From: Proteromonas lacertae
Taxonomy: Eukaryota
Assembly (NCBI GenBank): GCA_002245135.1
Contig: NGBS01000004.1
Span: 124,001 to 188,000, forward strand
DNA length: 64,000 nucleotides
Direction: 5' to 3'
Shown: positions 54,075 through 64,000 of the stretch, one piece after another
How the letters are laid out: every line of letters begins with the position of its first letter
Numbering within the stretch: position 1 is the stretch's first letter
The notes under the pieces: model-generated
What the model was told of the DNA's origin: nothing
Database searches by the model: none
Seen by the model: only the letters and a program-made list of their open reading frames with translations
Position numbers and translations under genes: made by a program

Positions 54075-54283
54075 CGTTACATCAAAGGTCAAACGTGTTT
54101 GAATTAAATTTGGTGTTCGAAAAAAGTAATCCATCTTATTTCAAAATCTACAGACTTTAAACAAACACAATATCAAAAAATAAAAAGCTTATTATAAGGC
54201 AAAAATATCTACAAAATTGATTATTTAGTTTTAGTTTTAAATCCAGAATTAGGTGGGAATATACTATTCAGATTAAAATAATA

Positions 54284-55921
54284 CTAAAAATATTTATACT
54301 TTATTGGTAATTGAGGTATTGGACGAGATGGTGGAGGTCCTACTGTTGACATTGCTTTATGTTGGCCATTTATCATCAAAGGAGTTGAAGAAAGTGGATT
54401 CAATTGAATAATACCATTAATAGTTCTATACTTTCCATTATTACTATTTCTCCCAATCACACCATCACTCAAACTATAATTATCCAATAATCCACTTCTG
54501 GATGGTGGTTTTATAGGTAAATTGTTCTTATCATCTTCTTTATATTCACTAAATATATTAGGTAATGCAACTAACCTCGATCTGTCACTTGGAAGTGGAA
54601 CATGAGGCAAACCTCCACCCATCATCATATCTCTCTTAGATTCATCTTTACTCCTCTTACGCTGATGTCTTCTACCACCTCTTTCACCACTAACATTACT
54701 ACTGTGTTTACTTTCATCATCACTGCTCTTGTAATGGCCAATTGTTTCTAAACTACATCTACTTCTTAATACATATCGATTTCTTTCTTCTTCTTTATTT
54801 TCATTTTCTTTATTATCTTTAGATTCTTCACTTTGTCTTGATTTGACATTAATATCAACAATTGGTTGTAAAATTGGTAAAATTTTGTTTTTAGACACAT
54901 TAAATTCACAACCATCTCTTTCAAAGGCTTCTTTCAATTCAGGTAACAATTTATCATAATGATCAGTAAAATAACGATGATCTAATAACTGGTCACAATT
55001 ATATCTCTTATCAGAGTCGCAATATAAACAGGAATGAATAAAATCAAATGTTATTGAATCTAATGAATTTAAACGATCAACTAAAGGGACTGGATCACTG
55101 CACTATTTAAATATAAATAAATAAATAATATAAATACTTCTGGTATTTGAACACCTAGATAAGATGGATTAGTTTCAAATACGTGAATCAAATGAGGTGA
55201 TAAACTACCTAAACATCTAACTATATGATATAATTGATCAATATCACTTTCTCCAGGAAAAAGTGGTTTACTTGTCAACATTTCGGCGAGTAAACAGCCG
55301 ATTGCCCAGATATCGCAAGGCCTACCATACTGAGTATCTCCTACTAGTAATTCTGGACTTCTGTACCATCTAGTAGACACATAGTCTGTATATTTTGCAT
55401 CTGGTGCTGATAATGTCCTTGCAAAACCAAAATCACTTAATTTCACTACTCCATTGCTAGATACAAGGATGTTTTCTGGTTTTATATCTCTATGTATTAC
55501 ATTTAAAGTATGGATATAATCAGTTGCACTTAGTAACTGAAACATTATCTTTCTTGCTTCATTCTCATCCATACCATTTCCAGAATCTTCAATTAATTGC
55601 AATAAATTACTTTGTACATATTCAAAGACTAAATACAACTTCCCTTTATTCCTAAAATGCTCGATTAGTCTAATGATGTTCGCATGATGCAAATTCTACA
55701 GAAATATATATACCCGAATTATACTCTTAATATTCTAATTTCTCTTATTGCTGTTTTCCTTACAGCCTCATTCATATCTGGTTCTTTGAATTTCTTGATA
55801 GCTACGATCTCACCAGTGTCTTTATGACGAGCTTTTAACACAACTCCATATGTTCTAAGTATTAAATAGTATAATAATTATACCCTTCACCTATATGAGC
55901 CAAGATCTCATAGTTCTCCAT
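54284..55921 (-). CDS. Cyclin-dependent kinase-like (CDKL) kinase
   Basis: [41 protein letters not shown] and [18 protein letters not shown]. Three introns and a long disordered tail. Confidence 0.93.
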
Positions 55922-56164
55922 CAATTTATTGATTTAATGAATATATATAAATACAATTAATCACTTATTTCGATTTTTAAGAGTTCTATTCTTCTATTCA
56001 ATTATAAAAAAAGTCGTTACAAAAATTGCATCTCACAAATTCGAGGAATTAAGTGTTCTTGAAATGCATTATGACAATTATTTATGTTATGTGCATAGTA
56101 AATATATGTTTATATGGAATAAAATCCCCAAAATGACAATCATTTCAATAATAAAAAAATTAAT

Positions 56165-59100
56165 CTATTCTGTGCAACATAGCAATGCAACACCTCTTAT
56201 AATCCAATGAACTGGTTTATAATCTCTACTTGGGAAAGTTACATTAAAAATCAGATATTTATCTGTTCTTTGTGGATATTTATAACATGGACATTCATAA
56301 CCACCATAAGGACCATAATCTCCAGCTTTGTTCTTCTTCTGTGCACTTGTCATAGCTGATACTCTTAATATTGGTAATGGATGGAATAACTGTTTAGGAA
56401 TTGATTCAACTAATGTACCATCAGACTTATTCCAAGCAGCACCATCCAAATATAATCCATAAACCAAAACACCTTCTTTTGGTTGAGATTTGATCCTATC
56501 TTTATCAAGATATTCTGTTACTTCACTATAATATGATATATCATCCAAAGACCATTTATCTTCAGTATGAGCTCTAGTAATATCCTGTCTCATTGCTGTT
56601 AAGAAACCTTGAGGATTAAAGAATCCAGTTAACCAGAAACAGTTTGGTTGCCCTCTTTCCAACCAATTTCTTAATTGTGAATCACGATCTATTAAACCAG
56701 TATACCATATACCTAATGTGGGTGATATCCAAGCAATTTCACTACCAGTTAAATCATATATCCATGTCTTTGGAGGTTTTGCATCATAGATTGAATTCAA
56801 TGCATCTATCAAATCAGGAGTCATTACAACTTCACCTTTTAATGCTTGGATTAATAATGACAATGTCTTATGGACGATTTCTAATACATTTTCCATTCTT
56901 TGCACTTCTTGGTATAAGAATATATTTAATGGTTCACCTAAACCACCTAATTTATCAATACTTGTCATATAGAAATCTTCATCATAGAATTTGGGTAACT
57001 TCTCTAGCAATTCTTCAGCTTTATCTTTCACTATATCTTCTCTTGTTCTACCACTACCTGTATTACTTTCTTTAGGCAATGTTTCTGATACTGTAGCAAT
57101 CATTTGATGTACTTCTTTAGTTCTAAATGTAAGTGAAGCATTAGGATGTAATCCAAATATTTCTGGTGAATCATCATCTGGATATTTCTGTATAAATTGT
57201 CTATACACTTCAATATCATTCTCATCAGGAATTGAATACACAAAATCATTCGGCATTTTATTCACCATATGTGATGGATTGAATGAGAAATTGGGTGCTA
57301 ACGTTGGAGGACCTACCCATTCACTAACATATGCATTAAACAGTCTTCTATCCATTTCATCAGTGATTCTTCCACCATATTGCACTTCACTTATCATATA
57401 TCTCAGTGTTTGCCATGATATTGGACCAGCATCCATGTGTTTCTCTAAGAAGGTTATACAAGCTGATAAATCAGTATTATTATATTCATATGGAATATTC
57501 CAACCTAATGAACCATATTTACGTCTTTCTTGTACGATTGAGTGAATGAAACATAATGAATATAATAATATTCTCCATTGATTATTATCTTGTCGATCTA
57601 AGATATCTTGATCAACGATTATTGTATAAGAACGATACATACCAGCTTTCAATCCTTTTGGTGGTTCATTAGTTAATTTTACTGACATATGTAATAAACC
57701 GATTGGGAAATTATTATCAGGTTCAGCGGTTATAAACAATCTAAACTCTTCATTGATTGGTTCTTCTCTTCTTTCAAAGGTACTTTCTAGAGATTCCATA
57801 TATTTCAAATCCAAGTGACAGTTCTGTAATAATACCCAATTACCATTTACCATTGATTCTTCAATTGTTTTTTGTGCTATTACATCTTGACCTTCACCCA
57901 TAGAAACACAAGTAATATCCTTCTTTCTCTTCTTTGCTAATTGTTCAATACTTTCAGTTGGATCTGCACCAGCTGATAATAAGCAAATTGCTGGTGTTTT
58001 TTCAGTCATATCTTCAAATAGTGTAACTATTGAATCATTACAAGGTTCTATATATTTTGGACCTAATACTGGAATAACATTTCCATCCTTTTGTACAATA
58101 GATTCTATTGATTTTATAACTTCTTGCAAGTTTAATATCAGTCTATCTTCTCTTAATGTTCTAATAATCATCATTCTTCTGAATAAACCAATCTCTTTTT
58201 GATTCTCAAATTGCATTTCATACATTGGAACTGGCATTTTCTCAGGTTCATCACTTTCATACCATACTTTCCATGATTGTTCATCTCTTGCCATATCTTC
58301 TACCAATAAATTATAAAAATGACAATTCTCTGATAAGTAAATTACATTTAGCCAGACACTATCACTCATCCAATTGAATGGTTTTCTTTTTACTGTATTT
58401 ATATCCAAAGATGCACCTCCTTTTAATAATGTCATTACATCCTGTTGATTGATAATCTCAGCTGCTGTTAATATCTTTAATAATACACACAATAAGAAAC
58501 TTAATTTATCTTGTACATATAAACCACGATTAATATATCTATAAGTAATATAAGTCAATGTAGAGATAATATTAGTGACTCTTTGACCTGTTAATACTGC
58601 CTTTGGAGCTGTAATCATAGATCTTTCGAATAAACCTAAGAATTGTCCTAATGATGTTTGATACATTGTTGTAATCATTGAAACATCACAAATACTGAAA
58701 TACAATACACTTCCTCTTGTAGCTACTGGTCTATAATGTTCTCTCTTTTCATTAACTGTAGCTTTGGTTGCTGCAGCTGCAACTAACTTCTCACTCACTT
58801 CTGCAGCTTTACGTTTTGTATCTGCTAAGACAGTGATTAATTCTTCATCATCTAATAGATTACCTTCATTATCAGTCAAACGTTGTAATAAAGCAGCATC
58901 TAATTGTAATAATGCTTTCGTATTGTTTGCTACTGAAGCTAATACGGATTTTAATTGTTCTTCTAATGATTGTTGTTCTTGTTGAATAACACGACCTAGT
59001 AATTGTTCTTCTAAACCTTTCATTGTTACAGTAAAATCGACTAATGTTGTTCTTGCCTGTAATTCTGGTGTAAATAATGGATTTGGTAATCTGGTGAATA

Positions 59101-62100
59101 TATATAACATAAATGATTTATCCATTTCTACCATCTTACTACCTAACATAATATATTCAGTCTTTGCTTTTTTAATAATCTCTTTTTCTAATACTGGATC
59201 TAATAATGGATCTACTTCATGTTCTACACCAGTAATAATCAAAGTTTTACCTTCTTCCATAGCAAATTCCAATTGATCTCTGAATTTAGGATGAGATAAT
59301 GTAGTAGAACCATAATCAGGCATATTATTAGCTTCTAAAGCTCGAATCCAATTCAAACCTTGTCCTTGTGGATCTATTAATAATGGGAATCTTGTTGTTC
59401 TTGACATTTTGACTAATATACCATTCTGTATAGAAAGTGAATCTGTTGGTAAACCTTGAACTGCCCATTCACCTGTTGTACCAGCATCTACTAAAAATGA
59501 ATTCAACTCAAAATCATCAGATTTTGGAATTCCTCTTTGTGCTATATCAGCTAAGAATATATCTCTTCTTAATATATCTCTATATTGTTGATTAAACGGT
59601 CCACAATAAGATAAGAATGCACAAGCTAATGCTACATCACCAATTAATGATTTCTTCTTAGAGGCAAAGTGTTTGGAATCTTCAGTCCAACGTACTTGTT
59701 CTCCTGATAATCCTTGAATCAATGCAGTTGCTTTTTCCATTCTTCTTTTTGTCGATTTTGCATTTTCTTCAATTCTTGTTTTCTCGTTGATTTTATCTTG
59801 GAAATCAGCTTGTAATTTATCTAGTACTTCTTTACATTCAGCTAATCTTGATTCAGCTTTGTTTAATTCCTTTTGAGCTTGATCTAATTTTGCTTCTGCT
59901 AATCTCAATGTTTCTAATTTTGGTTTTACTATCTTTGAAGCATCATGATATTGAGCCATTGCTCTAACCCATGCACATAAACCTTCTGCTGCTTTTGATG
60001 CATTTCTTGCTACAGCTGGTGTAAATTGTTCTAAATTCAAATAAGGTGATAATAATTCTATTGTTTCTTCATTGATTAAATCTTTCTTAAACTCACAGAA
60101 TTGGAATAATTTGGTTAAGAACTTTGCATCAGCCAACATTCCCTTTTGTGCCATATTGTATGAATCTTTCAAGAAATCAATTAATGTCTTTTCTTTACCA
60201 ATACCTAATGCAACTTGTGTTGGTTCAACTCTATTCAAAGGCTCCATTTCTAATATAATCACACAATCAAACACAATCTTGATAATATCAGCTGGTTTTG
60301 GTAATTTCTTTAATTCTACTAAATCTGATTGTTTAATGGATCTTACAGCTGCATCCGCTGCATCTAAATATGGTTTTGCATTTGCTAAATCTTCAGCTGC
60401 TGCATCTTTCTCCACTTGAATTGCATTTCTTTCAGCTTCTAATTTATCTCTTATTTCTTCTACTACATCACTCTCTTTCTTTGCTTCTAATGATTTGGCT
60501 TGTAAATTACCTAACATCTCACTAGCAGCTTGTTCAGCTTGTAATAACTCCTTTTCTTTATCAGCTAATTCGATTTTCATCTTTTCTACATCTTTTGCAC
60601 CATCTGCTAATTTGGTCAAACCTAATTGAACTCTCTTTTCATTATCTTGAATCTCATGTAATTTCTCACTATATATCTTCATATAATTATCTAAGAATGA
60701 TAAGAATGATCTTGGTGTTTGATAAACTTGTCTTCTCATTTGATTGAAGTATTTATCACATGTTAAAACAACTTCGTTATGAACATATCCCATATGTTTC
60801 ATTAAATTACCTTTCACTTCATCTGTTGCTTCAATATTGAACGATGTTAAGAAACCTCTTGATACATTAATCAAAGCTTCTTCTGGCCATGGTAAGAACC
60901 AATCAATTGTTGTACCTGTGATTAAACCTGGGAATTTTCTAGCTCTTTCTGCAAACATTCTAGACATTGGTGACATACAAATAACTAAATGTAAATTACG
61001 TCTAACTCTTTCAATGAAATATTTTGCTAAGTTTTCTAATGTATCAACGAAATCAGGATTTTCTTTCAATGCAAATGGTCTTATTTCACCAGACATCATT
61101 GTCATTTCATCTTTTGGGAATAAACCAACAATTTCACCTGTTGTTAATATATTATTAATATATTCTAAGAATCTTTCATCTTTAATCATTGTTTCTGTAA
61201 ATAAGAATGTAGATGGTTGACCTAATTGACCTGCAGCTTTATATATAATTCTCAAATCATCTAATAATGAATTGATATTATAATTCTTAGTTATTGTCAA
61301 GGAATACACTTTCTGTCTAGCAATATAAGATGCTAATTGTGTTAAAGATCTTTTACCAGAACCACCAACACCAACCAATAATAAATTACCTTTTGGACAT
61401 CCTAACACTCTACTAATTCTCATTAAATGTTTCAAAGCATCATCAAACAACACTAATCTCATTGCTTTGGATGGTCTTTCATCATTATGTTCTTTCAAGA
61501 ATTGTTCAACTCTTGTACGAATATCTTCTAACTTAGGACCTAATTCATAGATTCTGGGTGCTTCTTGTTCCAATGTTCCATCTGCATCATATACATCATC
61601 TCTTAAGAAATCAACAAAGTATGATTCATATATTCCAGTTTTACCTACCATTTCTACATATGTCTTATTATTGACTATCTTTTCTAATATTTTGTTTTGT
61701 GTCTTTAACAATGCTTGTTTATCATCAAAATTAGTCAATTTATCTGAAAACACTCTGAAACATTCATGTCTCCATAATTGTAAGAATATTTTTGGTGATG
61801 TTATTTCGTCTTTAGTTGTTCTTAATATACCTTGGAATACTTTACTTAATTCTCTCATATTGAAACTATAATGGAACTTAGAAGGTGTTGGTAATAATGT
61901 CTTATTAGCCCATTGCCATAACTGAATTGTACCATTAACAATCTTTTCAACATACTGTCCAAAATTATCTGGAAATTCATTCGTTTCTAACCATCCTCTT
62001 ATCATTTCACCATAAATACCATCAATCACTGGAACATCGGGTAATGTCATATTAAACATATAAAATCTACCTTTTAATCTCTCAGGAATATCATTCTTAC

Positions 62101-64000
62101 CACTTCCTGGATGATTAATTGCAGCTATATACTGTAATCCTTCAATTGTCTTCATATCGCCTCTTCTATCTTTATCTAAGAATGCAAACATATTCACTTC
62201 TACTAATTGTCTTACTAATTCTAAGGTTGGTTGATCACCCCATTCATTAGGTTCAGGCATTGATAAATCATCCATAAATAATGTCATTTTTCTACCACCT
62301 GGAGGTCCAAATGTTCTACCTCCTCTTTTATCTAATTCTGATTCAAAAGATGATTGGAATAATCCAGCTGTTGTTGCTGATGAGAAATTCATTCTCTTTA
62401 CCATCATTGTGTCTGTTTCTACTTCTTCTAAAAACATCATACAAGTCGATGTCTTTGCTGTACCAGCACCACCTACTGTCATTGTTGGTTTATTCTTCTC
62501 ATAGGAATGCTTTGATTAAAAACAATGATCTTGAACTATCAGCTGTTGGAACTAATAAAGTTGTATAATCAATATATGGTGTTTGTGGATATTCCCAAGG
62601 TTCTGCTTTCCATAATTCCCAATCCATTGAATCTATATTGATATGATAATCATAGATCGTTTTAGCTGGATCGCCTTCTTTAGCTAATGGAGGCATTAAT
62701 TTACTCTTTGTTCTTAAATATTCATCGAATTTTGTTCTATCTTCCAATTCTAATAATCCACCAACAGTCCAAGCTAATGCGAATAAAAACACTCTTTCTA
62801 ATTCTTCTTTTAAATCATCAGTAGTTTGACTGAAATCACCATGCTGGATTAAGGATGATAATAATATACACATTGACTTGATTTTACCAACTCTACAGCA
62901 TTTGATTGGTTCATTACATTTGGTTAATATAAATCTAAATGTTTCACCATATCTTGTTCCTTTATCTTGACCTATTATATTGGTGAAGAAATCATGCAAT
63001 ATTGGGCTATAATTCTCATTAATTGTCTTTAACCAAGCTTGAACAATTGGATACCAACCTAAATTACTTTCTGATACATAAATAATACCAGCTCTACTAA
63101 CAGTAGCAGGTGAAGCATTCTTTAAATTCTCAGCTTCAAACATAAGCTTGACATTATCAGTCATTGGAATACGATCACCATTAGCTAATGTTAATATCTT
63201 ATTATCATCTAATACAGAGTTCAAGTTTTCAATCCACAATGCATCAACTGGACCATCACAGATTAACCATCTTATATCTTTTCTTGTTCTATCATTATAT
63301 CTTTGCCATATTGAAGCAAATACACCATCTACCCATTCACCTGATAATCTATCAGTTTGACCAAACATTTCTTCAGCTAAAATAGCTTTTGGATTCATTC
63401 TTACATCTTTATGTGGAATACCTAAACTCAATGTTAATGCATCTTGTAAACTATCAATTGTGGCTGTTTTACCACTTCCAGCTGGACCAACTACCATTAT
63501 ACCATGTCTGACTAATACAGTTTCATATAATTGAACAATCTTAGCTACCCAAGGATCATGATGAATAAACTGCTTATTTTCAATTGCTTGTTTAATACAA
63601 TCTCTTAAATTACCAAAATCTTTAGCTGGTGGATCTCTACATCTTGGAAATAGATCTCTTAATAATGATAAGAACAATGGAACATCTTGTGCAACGAATT
63701 TAGATAAGTTCATATCTCGAAGTGTTCTCATTAATAACATATCTTCATCTTCTGCAGGATTATCACACTTTGTTTTACCAGCTGTTCTTAAAACAGATAA
63801 GATATTTCTTAAACCAAAATCATAATGTTTTTGTTTTGATAATTGTTCTTCACATAATCTATACAATACAGTGAATTTCTTGGATAAATCTGTAAAGTTT
63901 GTATAACCAACTGAACATAATTTCACTTTAATAATAATCTCTCTATCAGGTACCATCATAGCTACTGATCTGAACAAAGCTTTTAAGTTCTCAGGTAATT
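56165..64000 (-). CDS. Axonemal dynein heavy chain, outer-arm gamma (DNAH5/8-like), C-terminal part; one apparent frameshift near 62504
   Basis: P-loops GPAGSGKT, GGAGTAKT and GVGGSGKR, HYDFGLRNILSVLR, FGPPGGRKMTLFMDDLSMP..NEWGDQ, stalk coiled coils and terminal HWIIRGVALLC. Confidence 0.93.

Noticed and set aside
56644..63385. Short plus-strand ORFs inside dynein, and similar ones inside the receptor, CCDC61 and low-complexity genes
   Set aside because: They are antisense to strong conserved genes and carry no recognisable motifs.
1..64000. Alternative genetic code or stop-codon readthrough to explain fragmented ORFs
   Set aside because: Breaks are explained by short introns or single-base indels. 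Multi-kb ORFs are stop-free under the standard code, and TAA and TAG end genes normally.
1..64000. Stop codons created by polyadenylation
   Set aside because: Every gene that ends in the window has a plausible genome-encoded stop.

Overview
This is a gene-dense, very AT-rich eukaryotic window, not prokaryotic. It holds about 18 protein-coding genes, most split by tiny GT-AG introns of roughly 24-45 nt (donor usually GTAT), so the ORF track shows exon fragments. Gene content points to a flagellated stramenopile: an outer-arm axonemal dynein, CCDC61, CDKL and NEK kinases, and a mastigoneme-family EGF protein. The tiny introns and TGTTTGTT-like 3' elements suggest the Blastocystis/Proteromonas (Opalinata) lineage, which is an inference. 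Highlights: (1) four introns read as minor-spliceosome (U12-type) introns, three AT-AC and one apparently AT-AA, paired in two genes, about 4 of ~80 introns by hand count; (2) a ~3,750-aa class C GPCR-like receptor with about nine tandem UrtA/AmiC-like periplasmic-binding domains; (3) a ~3,800-aa Sig1/Ocm1-type mastigoneme protein with a huge insertion containing six near-identical 1,221-bp repeats; (4) a calpain-7-like protease with an expanded domain-III array and a coiled-coil/PH-like tail. Four frameshifts look like consensus errors. I recognised no RNA genes, CRISPR arrays or transposons. All exon boundaries are hand-inferred.
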